Shown here in pieces: positions 48,061-60,599 of a stretch of 64,000 bases of DNA. Where the stretch lies: the NCBI GenBank assembly GCA_002269645.1, contig NIVC01001281.1, positions 1 to 64,000 on the forward strand. Reading direction: 5' to 3'. The translations under genes and the position numbers were made by a program. This DNA is from Macrostomum lignano (taxonomy: Eukaryota). The notes under the pieces are model-generated. The model saw only the letters and a program-made list of their open reading frames with translations. It had not been told where the DNA came from and made no database searches. The stretch's first letter is position 1; each line of letters opens with the position of its first letter.

Positions 48061-49869
48061 CTCCTTTCAATGTGTATCTTATCTTTTAACACATCTAAGA
48101 AAGTCAAACAGATATAGGCATAAGACAAAGTCAGCAATGGATAATGTCCTATTTGAATCTAAAGACTCTAAAAATTACTACTATAAGAAAAGCTAATATG
48201 AAAACAACAATTCATTTTGTTACATAACTAAAAAAACAGCAATCTTTGCAAGTTAACTGATAATGTATACTTTTTTATTTGACAAAAAATTAGCAAATCA
48301 TAAAAAGGAAATGACAATAAATGTTATAGCTTAAATTATGAAATCAGCCAATAGTGACTTATATGTATTTGTTGCCAATAGTGATAGTTGGGTGATGCCT
48401 AAGGTTGCACATGAATGCTAAGACTATAATTATATTATAGATGACAATATAGATAACATGCCAATGATACAAGTGGTTGGTTATCCTAAAAAAGAAACTT
48501 TATGATATTCTAATCCATTAGACATTTTATTTGGGTCATTTTCCCCAAAAAAAAATTTTATTTTTCATACAATAACTTGGACCTACAATAACTTTATCAT
48601 ATAAATCTTATAGAGAAATTTCTTTTTTTGTTGCTCAACTTTTTGAAGGTTAGAAAATATTTTGATTTCTTTTTCTTTTTATTCTTTCTTTTCCATCTTT
48701 TATCTTTTTCTCTCTATCTCTTCCATATACTAAAATTGGTTTATTGGTATTCATGTGATTGATTAGAAAAAATGGCTGAACCAATTTTCTTTAAACTTGC
48801 ACCATTTAATCAGAAATTTTCTATGACAGTACATGCATTGTGGATAAGAAATTGCTTGATGCTAAAGGGATTATCTAATCAAAAACCTGCTTTTTGCAAA
48901 GGTCAAACAGAGTTTTAACTTAAAATGCATTGTAAAAATGCCAGAGAAAAAACTGACCAGCTGAATTCTCATTCAGAAATAGAATGTATCACACTAGGCT
49001 TTTTATTTATCTTCTGTGTACTGCCTGAATTTTGACACTAAATTGAATTGTGTCACAGTTGAAATCACAATGTGGAAGTATATAGCACCACACTTGATTT
49101 ATATTGTGTAGCCATATAAGTTAAGTCATTTTTCCACTTCCCCCTAGGGTGTAGGACAGGAGCTCTAACTATGGACCTGGTGGTTGCAGCTTCCCAACAA
49201 GGTTCAGCTATAGGCATTGCTTGAGAGGACAAGGCTCACAACAAGGTTAAAAGTATTAAAACAGTAAGATTAGACAAATCCAAGCTTCGTTGTACTATAT
49301 AATATAATAGATTCATCCCTCTCTTCTAGCTCTCAAATAGTCACAGACAGACCATTTTTTTATATGGTCAAAATGACTAGTTGGCCTATAATAATGCATT
49401 TAAGTAAAAAATTATGGATTAGTCAGGGCCAAGGTCAGTTGACATTTGAAACACACCTGATAGCAATAGACTAGATAAGGAAAAAGCTAAAAAAATCTCC
49501 CATCTAGCCTGGAAAAAGCTTGTCTATTGAGCTTTTTTATAGACTAGTCCAAGGAAAGCTTATTTGTTTTTAAACATTTGTATTTCAATGCAATAAGGCT
49601 AGAAATTTACTAATTCAATACCTTTTGCTTGATCTGTTAGAGATCTATATTTTGAAATATGACTTTGTTTTAATAAGCTATATGGATTAGAATGAATTTA
49701 AAATTCATTAGCAAGATACTCAGCTTATGGCCTGGCACATATTCCATGGATAGTAATAATATGACTTACTTATCAAACATGCGCAACAGTCGGCCAATCC
49801 GGCCAACCAATTTGGTAGCCAACCAAGGAAGTTGCAAAAATGCCCACCCAAGAAACACCAAGTAGTAGT

Positions 49870-49933
49870 ACTAAGTAGCTGATGGGGCATTGTGGCTTAA
49901 TAAGACAGTTATAGTTACTCCTGCCGTTTACCC
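49870..49933 (-). pseudogene. Diverged 28S rRNA fragment (H68-H71, R2/I-PpoI target region) inside a dispersed repeat
   Basis: Reverse complement GGGTAAACGGCAGGAGTAACTATAACTGTCTTATTAAGCCACAATGCCCCATCAGCTACTTAGT aligns to conserved 28S GGGTAAACGGCGGGAGTAACTATGACTCTCTTAAGGTAGCCAAATGCCTCGTCATCTAATTAGT (first 33 nt 30/33). Confidence 0.85.
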
Positions 49934-50000
49934 AGAGTTGCATTAATTTTGCTTTAGGGTTTTTTACATGTAAGTCGCATTTTTGGCCAAAAACTATGTC

Positions 50001-51408
50001 GGCTCATTCCATATAAGATGGACATATTTGGAAAATAGAAAAAAGTCAATATTTTTGCTTGCCATTGCCTAATTAGTCTATTTTTTTACCAAATGTTTAT
50101 ATTGTGCAATATATACAATCTAAGAATAAAGGAATGGTAAAATGTTAGATTAGTATGTTATCAATTGGCAAAAAGTCATTTTTGTAAAAATTTGGACATT
50201 TTTCGAAGCAAAAGACATCATTAAGATTTTGTACCTTTTAAAAACAAATAGAAAGCTTTTGAAGGTTGAAACAAACTATAGATAAAAGTATAGTACTTGC
50301 ATCATCAGATAAAAGCATTGGTGACCAAATAATCTATTATATTTTTAATGTATTAGTACCTCAAAGTTACTGAATTGACAGAAAAAAATATGTTACGACC
50401 ATAATGTTACGACCATAAGGCTGCCTTTTCTTTTGTATCTTTGTTGCCTTTTGAGTTTATATATTCTAATAAAAGAGTATGATTTCTAAAGATGTTCTTA
50501 GTCAAACTTTAAAAATGTATTGCAAAATATCAAAAATGAAAAATGTTATAAGACTTTTACCTTTTAGTTTCTATTTGTAAAAAATCTTGTCGTTACAACC
50601 ATAAGTGTCATTTAAGGTTTAATAGCATCTATACTAATGATGATATCTATATGAAACTCTATAAATATATTCTAGACAAAATAATCTTTCATTTAAAATA
50701 TTGGTTTAGTATATTCTATTATTAGATTTCATTTTATAAGTAAAAATAACCTGTCATGTTATGACCATGCTTATATAGAATGAGCCAATTGACAAAAGTC
50801 AATTTGTAAAAATTTTGACATTTTTCGAAGCAAAAGACATCATTAAGATTTTGTACCTTTTAAAAACAAATAGAAAGCTTTTGAAGGTTGAAACAAACTA
50901 TAGATAAAAGTATAGTACTTGGATTATCAGATAAAAGCATTGGTGACCAAATAATCTATTCTATTTTTAATGTATTAGTACCTCAAAGTTACTGAATTGA
51001 CAGAAAAAAATATGTTATGACCATAATGTTATGACCATAAGGCTGCCTTTTCTTTTGTATCTTTGTTGCCTTTTGAGTTTATATATTCTAATAAAAGAGT
51101 ATGATTTCTAAAGATGTTCTTAGTCAAATTTTAAAAATGTATTGCAAAATATCCAAAATGAAAAATGTTATAAGACTTTTACCTTTTAGTTTCTATTTGT
51201 AAAAAATCTTGTCGTTACAACCATAAGTGTCATTTAAGGTTTAATAGCATCTATACTAATGATGATATCTATATGAAACTCTATAAATATATTCTAGACA
51301 AAATAATCTTTCATTTAAAATATTGGTTTAGTATATTCTATTATTAGATTTCATTTTATAAGTAAAAATAACCTGTCATGTTACAACCATGCTTATATGG
51401 AATGAGCC
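50001..51408. mobile_element. Non-autonomous TIR DNA transposon, composite L-R-R form, 4-bp TSD TGTC
   Basis: TIR GGCTCATTCCATATAAG ... CTTATATGGAATGAGCC. TGTC flanks both ends. Internal right TIR near 50,788 followed by AATT. Confidence 0.85.
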
Positions 51409-51714
51409 TGTCGCATTTTTGTTAAAACTAAGTTGCATGGCTGACTGAATTTTGGAGGTTGCATATGTATGTTACTTATCATGGTGAAGTTGAAGTGAAT
51501 GGCTTGCATACATGCGCAACTGCTGGCCGACCTGGCCGATCCGGCCACCGTAAATCGTGGCTGACCAGGGGTAAGTCGCAAAATTGAGTCAACCAAAAAC
51601 AGAAAAACACAAGAACCAAGAAAGGCAAGAGGAAAGCGAAAGAAAGTGCAGTTCAGGGAAAATGGTGAAGCAAAAGAAAAACTATTCGCAAAAGAAGCAA
51701 ACTAAGTTGTAAAA

Positions 51715-52205
51715 ATAATCAGGTAAGTCGCAAAAAGGATCAGGTAAGTCGCAAAAAGGATCAGGTAAGTCGCAAAAGAAGCAAACTAAGTCGCAAAAAG
51801 GATTAGGTAAGTCGCAAAAGGGTTAGGTAAGTCGCAAAAGGGTTAGGTAAGTCGCAAAAGGGTTAGGTAAGTCGCAAAAGGGTTAGGTAAGTCGCAAAAA
51901 GGATCAGGTAAGTCGCAAAAAGGATCAGGTAAGTCGCAACAAGAATCAGGTAAGTCGCAAAAGGATCAGCTAAGTCGCAAAAGGATTAGGTAAGTCGCAA
52001 AAAGGATTAGGTAAGTCGCAAAAAGAATCAGGTAAGTCGCAAAAGGATCAGCTAAGTCGCAAAAGGGTTAGGTAAGTCGCAAAAGGATTAGGTAAGTCGC
52101 AAAAGGGTTAGGTAAGTCGCAAAAGGATTAGGTAAGTCGCAAAAAGGATTAGGTAAGTCGCAAAAAGGATTAGGTAAGTCGCAAAAAGAAGCAACTAAGT
52201 CGCAA
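51715..52205. repeat. 20-21-bp minisatellite (AGGTAAGTCGCAAAAAGGATT)
   Basis: Direct reading. Confidence 0.93.
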
Positions 52206-52363
52206 TAAGAGGGAAGTAAGTCACAATCAGAGGCAATCAGGGGGTAGTAGGTGCAAGTGTGGCAGGAGAGCAAAAACAGAATAGAAGCCTTCAACCACAG
52301 ACAAGATCTTTGAAATCAGAAGCCCGCGTCCACAGTTTCCCATTGATTTCTTAAACTCTGGAG

Positions 52364-52420
52364 CAGGGGTTGGCAAACTCCGGCTCGCGAAGCCCCTCTA
52401 TCTGGCCCTCGCCCCTCGGG
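52364..52420 (+). mobile_element. hAT-type terminal sequence
   Basis: CAGGGGTTGGCAAACTCCGGC. A related end occurs on the minus strand at ~61,900-61,921, and both abut polypyrimidine tracts. Confidence 0.4.
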
Positions 52421-52449
52421 TTCTTTGAAACTTCCTAACCAGCAAGGTT

Positions 52450-53150
52450 GGTGTCTCTTCAATTCTCATCTCTCTCTTCTTCTCTACCTTGCCTCCCCTC
52501 TTCTCTCTCTCCCCCTTTTCCCTCTTCTCTCTCCTCTCATTTTTACTCTCCTCTCTTCTCCCCCTTTCTCTCTACCCTTTCTCCTCAATGCCCTCTTCTC
52601 TCCTCTTATCTTCAGCAAAAATATGTGCATATTTTCTTACTTCAAAGTAAAGGGAATAGAAGATTAGAGATAAGCAAACAGAGAGGCGAGCGATGCGATG
52701 GGAGAAAAGATTGAAGAGGAGAGAAAAGCTGAGGGAGGAAAAAGAGATGAGAGAGAAGAGGAGATGAGAGGAAAGAGGAAAGAAAAGATGATGGATGAGA
52801 TCAGAAGAGAGGAAAGAGGAAAGAGGAGAGAGTAGATGAGAGAAGAGAGGATAAAGAGGAGATGAGAGGAGAGTGAAGAGAGGAGAGATGAGAGAGTAGA
52901 AAAGAGAGATAAGATGAGAGAGTAGAGTGGAGAGAGACGAGAGGGAAGATAAGATGAGAGAGTAGAGTGGAATGGAGAGACGAGAGGAGATAAGAATGTA
53001 GAGAGGAGACAGAAGAGATAGGAGAGGAGAGGAAAGAGAGTAGAGAGGAGAGGAAAGAGAGGAGAGAGGAGAGGAAAGAGAGAAGGGACAAGGGATGAGA
53101 GAGAAAAGAAAAAGAGGATGAGAAGATTGAGGAATGGAGAGAATTTGCAA
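52450..53150. repeat. CT-rich tract followed by a GA-rich low-complexity tract
   Basis: Direct reading. Confidence 0.9.
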
Positions 53151-53560
53151 AGGCCTCAAATCTTAGTTTAACATGCATTACTCCCATCTTTGCCTTTTCC
53201 TAACTGTTAACAAGTTTTTGTTTGAGCATGACTTCAAATTTAGAATCTATGCAAAAATAGTTCCGGGAATTAGAATTCAGTGGTTTAAAAATCTGTGGGT
53301 TTTCACAGCTTGTATCTCTACTGGATTCGTATTCTGCATCTGATGAGCCATCTGAATTAGGGCTCTCATCTTCCATGCCAAATCGTCTAGCAAATCGTTC
53401 TTGAGCTATAGGTCACACTGTATTCACTTCACTTACTTCTGGACATTCATGAATCATGACTTTTGTAGTATGCTCACTACACTGTACTGACAATTTACTA
53501 ATTGCTTCATGCCGCCACTAGATGACACTGATTAGCTGTTATAAAAACGCGGAATCTGCA

Positions 53561-53629
53561 CGCAGCACTAATTAGCTGGCGAGGCATTTAGCATTAAAAA
53601 TATGGTCATAGTTACTCCTGCCGTTTACC
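53561..53629 (-). pseudogene. Second diverged 28S rRNA fragment, same region
   Basis: Reverse complement GGTAAACGGCAGGAGTAACTATGAC (24/25 to 28S) + CATATTTTTAAT + GCTAAATGCCTCGCCAGCTAATTAGTGCTGCG (28S GCCAAATGCCTCGTCATCTAATTAGTGACGCG). Confidence 0.85.
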
Positions 53630-55007
53630 TAAAGTTTTTGCTTGGCTCTTTCATAGGTAAGTCGCATTTTTTATCGAAAACTAAGTCGCACGGCCAGCGT
53701 AATTTCAGAAGTTGCGCATGTATGATGGCTTGCATCAAATTATTGCGCAATGTATCAAATATAGTTAAGCCACTATTAACTACATATTAGATTAGGTTGT
53801 ATTAATGGAAATTTACTAAACTGTTTAGTTTTATTAACTATTGAGTATTTTCTGATGTCAAACTTCTAATGACGATGAGTAGAGATCAAGATAGGCTATT
53901 ATAGACTGTTATATAGGCTATTAGTATTTTCTAAGCATTATCCTATAGGCTAATATAGCCATACAGTCAAAGAAAATTAATAAACTCTTTCAAAATACTA
54001 AAACCAAAGCTTATATACATAATATAGTATAGTATATAGTATAAAATATATATTAATATTTAGCAATTGTATTTAGCAATTGTCTTTTTATACTATATAT
54101 ATTATCTAACTTATTTTAGCTAAAAGTACATTCTTTTATTATAATCCCTCTATTTAGATTGCAAAGATTTGATAATTATCAAATAATATGTCCATATGCA
54201 TGCCTTATATAAAATTCTAAATTAAAATACTTTCCAATTATATTGCAAGGCCAATATTTACTACCCTGTGCCTTCTTATAACTATTAAGCTACCTATACC
54301 TTCTCAATATATTGTCCTCTACTACTTATCCTCTACCTAGTTGCCTTGTCTCCTATACATTTGCCTTGTATTTTATCTAGCTATCCTGCCTTTTAGTCCT
54401 CCTAGCTATCTTTCTTTGCCTTCTAATCTTCTTAGCTATAAATTGTTGCCAACTATTTGAACTTTGTATGCAATGCAAAGTAAGCAATTGAGATTAAACA
54501 AATTTCAAAACAAAAAATCTATAAAAAAACTTTTTTTGCCTTTTAGTTGCTATACTGCCTTTTAATCCTCTTAGCTACATTGCCTTCCAATTATCCTAGT
54601 TTTTGCCTTTTCTAACCTAGTTGCTTATCCCCTAACTAGCTGCCTTGCCCTCCAACAAGGCTGCCTAGCCTTTCTCCCCAACCTAGCTAGCTGCCTTGCC
54701 CTCAAATTAGCTGCTTTAACCTTTAACCTAGCTGCCTTGTCCCTAACCTAGCTATTTTTTAACTTACTTGCCCTCTTCTCTAACTTAGCTATCTTGTTCC
54801 CAACCTAGCTAGCTACCTTGCCTCTACCTTTTAACCCTTGCTCTTAATTCAGCTACTCTACTTTTTGATCTACCTACCTTGCCTCTACCCAATCTCCCAA
54901 AATTTATTTGGTATTAATATATTACAAAGGAATAATAAATAAATGTTTTCTATATTTTTAATAAGAGTTATATTTATTTGAACTTATAACAATTAATGAT
55001 ATAGATT

Positions 55008-55182
55008 CATGCTTGGGCACAACCTAGGGATTCACCTGACCATTTCTATTGGCAACACATACATGTAACATGTAAGTTGCTATTGGATGGAATAGTAGTC
55101 ACGTGACTACTCTCAGCCAATAGCGACTTATATGTGTGTGTTGCCAATAGAAATGGCCAAGTGATTCCTAAGGTTGCGCATG
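55008..55182. mobile_element. Palindromic MITE (CATGCGCAAC-type ends)
   Basis: Whole element is an imperfect inverted repeat centred on the perfect 18-bp palindrome AGTAGTCACGTGACTACT (55094-55111). Confidence 0.75.
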
Positions 55183-55326
55183 TATATGTAGATTTTATAT
55201 ATTTATTATAGCCATGAAGACAACAAACCACACACTAACTAATAGCTAAAATTGGATTAAATTATTTCTAATTAAAAAAACTGCGTTTAGCAAAACAATA
55301 AAAAGCTCATTTTCAAATATACTTGG

Positions 55327-56880
55327 CTCATTCCATATAAGATAGACATTTGGAAAATAGAAAAAAGTCAATATTTTTGCTTGCCATTGCCTTATTAGCC
55401 TATTTTTTTACCAATTGTTTTTTATGTGCAATATATACAATCTAAGAATAAATTAATGGTAAAATGTTGGATTAGTATGTTATCAATTGGCTCATTCCAT
55501 ATAAGATAGACATATTTGGAAAATAGAAAAAAGTCAATATTTTTGCTTGCCATTGCCTAATTAGTCTATTTTTTACCAAATGTTTATATTGTGCAATATA
55601 TACAATCTAAGAATAAAGGAATGGTAAAATGTTGGATTAGTATGTTATCAATTGGCAAAAAGTCATTTTTGTAAAAATTTGGACATTTTTTGAAGCAAAA
55701 GACATCATTAAGATTTTGTACCTTTTAAAAACAAATAGAAAGCTTTTGAAGGTTGAAACAAACTATAGATAAAAGTATAGTACTTGCATCATCAGATAAA
55801 AGCATTGGTGACCAAATAATCTATTATATTTTTAATGTATTAGTACCTCAAAGTTACTGAATTGACAGAAAAAAATATGTTACGACCATAAGGCTGCCTT
55901 TTCTTTTGTATCTTTGTTGCCTTTTGAGTTTATATATTCTAATAAAAGAGTATGATTTCTAACGATGTTCTTAGTCAAACTTTAAAAATGTATTGCAAAA
56001 TATCAAAAATGAAAAATGTTATAAGACTTTTACCTTTTAGTTTCTATTTGTAAAAAATCTTGTCGTTACAACCATAAGTGTCATTTAAGGTTTAATAGCA
56101 TCTATACTAATGATGATATCTATATGAAACTCTATAAATATATTCTAGACAAAATAATCTTTCATTTAAAATATTGGTTTAGTATATTCTATTATTAGAT
56201 TTCATTTTATAAGTAAAAATAACCTGTCATGTTATGACCATGCTTATATAGAATGAGCCAATTGACAAAAGTCAATTTGTAAAAATTTTGACATTTTTCG
56301 AAGCAAAAGACATCATTAAGATTTTGTACCTTTTAAAAACAAATAGAAAGCTTTTGAAGGTTGAAACAAACTATAGATAAAAGTATAGTACTTGGATTAT
56401 CAGATAAAAGCATTGGTGACCAAATAATCTATTCTATTTTTAATGTATTAGTACCTCAAAGTTACTGAATTGACAGAAAAAAATATGTTATGACCATAAT
56501 GTTATGACCATAAGGCTGCCTTTTCTTTTGTATCTTTGTTGCCTTTTGAGTTTATATATTCTAATAAAAGAGTATGATTTCTAAAGATGTTCTTAGTCAA
56601 ATTTTAAAAATGTATTGCAAAATATCCAAAATGAAAAATGTTATAAGACTTTTACCTTTTAGTTTCTATTTGTAAAAAATCTTGTCGTTACAACCATAAG
56701 TGTCATTTAAGGTTTAATAGCATCTATACTAATGATGATATCTATATGAAACTCTATAAATATATTCTAGACAAAATAATCTTTCATTTAAAATATTGGT
56801 TTAGTATAATCTATTATTAGATTTCATTTTATAAGTAAAAATAGCCTGTCATGTTACGACCATGCTTATATGGAATGAGC
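55327..56880. mobile_element. Same TIR element, self-nested L-[L-R]-R form
   Basis: Left TIRs at ~55,327 and ~55,490; right TIRs at ~56,260 and 56,880. The inner copy is flanked by AATT/AATT. Confidence 0.85.
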
Positions 56881-59331
56881 CAATTATATCATTGATATTT
56901 TAATATTTTAAGATCAATAAAAGTTGGCAGCTAAATTTAAGTCTTTTAACAAGATGAAAAAATAGTGGCTCATTGCAAAGGCAGCTAAGACTGCCCCTAA
57001 GCTCTTAATGATAGAAAAAATGATAAATAGCATTTTGATATTCGCTAAGCAGACTCATTTTTATTTTGCTATAAAATTTGCTATTACTTATTATAAAAGT
57101 TTAGCTTTGCAAGAATAGGTAGCTGTACTTTTTATGCAACTCAGAAGACATAGAACTTTATCAATTGGTACTACAAATAATAGAGATATGAGCCACCTTT
57201 CATTGGTTAATTATTAGGCCTATTTTACATTTAAACTTGCTGAATAAATATTGCTTTGATTGAACTACATTTTTAGATGCTTTTTAACCATTAGAATAGG
57301 CCTAATACACTTAAAAATAACAATATTAGGCTTATAAAAGGCCCTTTGCATTTTTTGCGAGTAGGCTAAGACTAGGGCCTACATATAATAAGTTTTTGTT
57401 ATTGTTATGTGTGAAAATTAATACAGCCTAATTTTGTAATAAAACTTATGACAAGTTATGTCAATAGAATTAGGCCTATAATTGTGTGGTAGCCGTTAGG
57501 CCTACCTATTTTGATTTTATGGGGCCTAGAAATCCTAGAATATGTAGGCCTATTCAAATGGAATTATAAAATGTGGAAAAAAACAGCATATAATTTATCA
57601 TAGATTGAACAAATTTTTAGATGCAATGAGGTTTTAGGCCTATGGCTGCATCCAGTAGGCCTAGAAGAAATTTCCTTTCCTTGGACAATTCAAACCATGG
57701 CTATGCAATTCTATATGGATAAATTGGAATCAATTAAGATGGCACTATAAAGGCCAATTTTATTCCACCCATCAAGATCAGGTATTCATATACTTTCTTC
57801 TTACCATGGGCATTGCTTACATTTTTTACTTATTTATTTATTTGCATTGTTTCATTAATTAATGCGACAAAGTAATTTTATTAACTGGAGAGCAGTTTGA
57901 GTGCTTTGAAATTGAAATTAAACATGTGATGTAGCATGTTCTGTTTCTGTTTCTACTTAATCACCGAGACTTGGTTATCCGTCTTTTTAAATAGGCCTAA
58001 GGTCATGAAACAATTTAAATTAAGGCGTAGGCCTAGAAATTGCCATTAAAATATAATAAACCCGCTTTTTTGTCCATGTAAAGAACTGTGAAATTAAATG
58101 GCACTTGTGCGAATCAAAATTCAATCAAAATTGAATTTAAATAAAAATAGATACGCAATTTTTTTTGTTTTGTCTTACGAATATGAGGCAAGTTAAGCGA
58201 AATGGCTTGAAGGCAAGCTAGCTCGAGAAATGAGTAATTTAAGTCGTCATTTAAATTGAGTGAATTCAATTTTGAATGAATTTTGAATTTTGAATTTTGT
58301 TACAAAATGAGCAGTTGTAACAAAACAATATTTACGAAAAAGCTAATAAACTGCTAAATTAGATTGAGTAACACATTCAGAGCAAATAAATGTACTCATG
58401 AAAATTAAGTATTTAACCTTATAATGTCTAATAAACTTTGCGCTCAGTCAGCGAAGGGTGCAATTATTATTTTTTAATGCAAAAAAGCAAACATCAACTT
58501 TTTGCTTGCTAGGCGTACAATTAAATTGGGTCTCTAAAATTAGGTAACATTCGATCTAAGTTTTTACAGCCCTACTACAGCAGTAAATTTTGAATATAAT
58601 AAACTGACAAACAAACTGTTCTGGTACGGGTTCCGAAATACCAAATTTTGATGTTTAATTTCCATGATACATCATACATGTATGATATAGGACAGTGATA
58701 GGGATCCTACTTTCTACTTTCTACTTAGCATGTTTTTGTCTTTCCATGGTATAGGCCTACATAATATTATACAGAAAGTACCTTGCTTAAAAGACGCGAC
58801 ACCAATTTTTGATTTATTAAGTTGTAAAACAGGCCTATTTTATTGTGATGATTTTATTTGTATCTTGTCCTGTCCTGTATCATAGGCTACTCATAGGGCC
58901 TACTCATAGTCATACTAAGGAGTGATGTCATAGGACATAAATAGGTTTTTTTCTATTTTTTAATTATAAACAATAGACCTCAGAAGTTAGAGCTACAAAG
59001 CAATAAAGGTTCTTGATTTCTAGGCCTATAACATAGATATAAAAAGGCCTAGGCCTAAAAGCCAGTGACAATATATATCTTAATAGGCCTATGTCTATGA
59101 TACATTAATTATAATCTTAGTAGGCCTAGGCCTAGGCCTATATATAGGGCCTAGTATTTTTTATTGTAGGCCCCTAGGCCCTAGGCCTAGTTGCATACTT
59201 GCATTCAATTTTTTAAAGATAACCAGGTTTTTTCCATAAGTTACAATTATAGGCCCCTAACTTTGTCATTCATTATAAATAAAAAAGATTTACAATTTTT
59301 TTTATAATTTATAAATGTATTTATTAAATCA

Positions 59332-59520
59332 TCTATGCATATAAAAATCAAAACTCTGTATATGTGTATATATGTATGTATATGTCTGTGTACAATTTTG
59401 ATTGCTATGGACTCCTAAACTACTCAACCAAATTATACCAAATTTTGCACCCACCCTAAACTCATTAGGGCCTATGGAAAATGTCTTAGGCTACCTTTAA
59501 ATTTCGTAAATTTGAGTCTT
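59332..59520 (+). mobile_element. Possible non-autonomous Helitron 5' portion
   Basis: A|TCTATGCATATAAAAATC start, TGTA microsatellite, then AAACTACTCAACCAAATTATACCAAATTTTGCAC, as in Lep1/DINE-like elements. No 3' CTRR end was located. Confidence 0.33.
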
Positions 59521-60599
59521 CCTACCTAAAAAATAAAAAAACTACTCAAAATACACTATTTTTTCACTAAATCCTCCATAGCACCACTCTATTTCTACCA
59601 ATTCTCTTTAAATTTAACAGAAAATCTTCAACTGTTTTGACAAAATCATGTAAAATTTTGAGTCTTAAAGTTAATCCTTAATGGCGCTATGCACATTTAA
59701 AGTTAGGCTATTTTTTATTAGTGAGATAGCTACCCTAACCTCCGCCTACCTGCCTCTCTTTCTTAATCAGGGTGGTATATATATGTAAAAGGGGTTTCAA
59801 AATTGACTAACTTTTGGCTACCATAAGTTTGCTCCATGTAAAGTGATTGACTTCAAACTTGACACATTCTTCATTGACTCATTCTCTATCAAAATATAAA
59901 GTCTCAACTTTGTAACTTATTCAGAACAGAAACTATAAGCATGTGAAGTTTGTCTGCTTTTTCTGTTGTTTGTGCCATTCACTCACTCATTCCCCAAGAG
60001 CCAGACCAAGGGTCAGGCAATAAAGCTGAATGTACATAGCAATGTACAGTATTTTGGAATAGCTTTATTTATAGCCTTCTCTGCACCCCAGTGGAGAGGC
60101 TATGTTTAGCCATCTATAACAGTTTAGTGAGAAATTCTAATCACTGCCCTCTGTCTATATTGGCAAACTCTATAGCAATTGAATAGTAAATGGCAATTGG
60201 CAAATCAAGGCAATTCAGCATGGTTTGTAAAAGCAAAAGATTGAAAAAGCAATGCAATGCAGTACAAATCACACCATTGAAGTTTTAATATTAAGTTTTA
60301 ATTAAGTCTTAAGGGTACTCTAAAATTTTAATGGCCTCTTCAGAAATGTGTATTTCCTTGGTTGTTACATTAGACTAATGTAGACTGCAGTAGAGCTGAA
60401 GTTACGCAACTTCTTCACAGAGCTGCAAATTGGCCAGAAAAATGACATGATCAAAGCATGAAAACAACCATGAGAATACTACGTCTAACAAACTGGCTTT
60501 CCAAGCAGTGATCAGCAGACTTTTACCTCAAAGGCCAGATAAAGAATCTAGCTCATGGCCAAAAGGCAAATGAAAGTGGAAAAAAGGAATAGACAATTA

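Larger units (their letters stand above)
49778..51467. mobile_element. CATGCGCAAC-ended element carrying 28S fragment 1, interrupted by the TIR composite
   Basis: Ends CATGCGCAAC / GTTGCATATG. The right portion is homologous to 53,560-53,720. Confidence 0.55.
51511..53720. mobile_element. CATGCGCAAC-ended element carrying a minisatellite, CT/GA tracts and 28S fragment 2
   Basis: Perfect terminal inverted 10-mers CATGCGCAAC / GTTGCGCATG flanked by TA. Confidence 0.55.

Noticed and set aside
49870-53629. rDNA unit
   Set aside because: Only ~65-nt diverged fragments; no flanking 28S/18S/5.8S sequence
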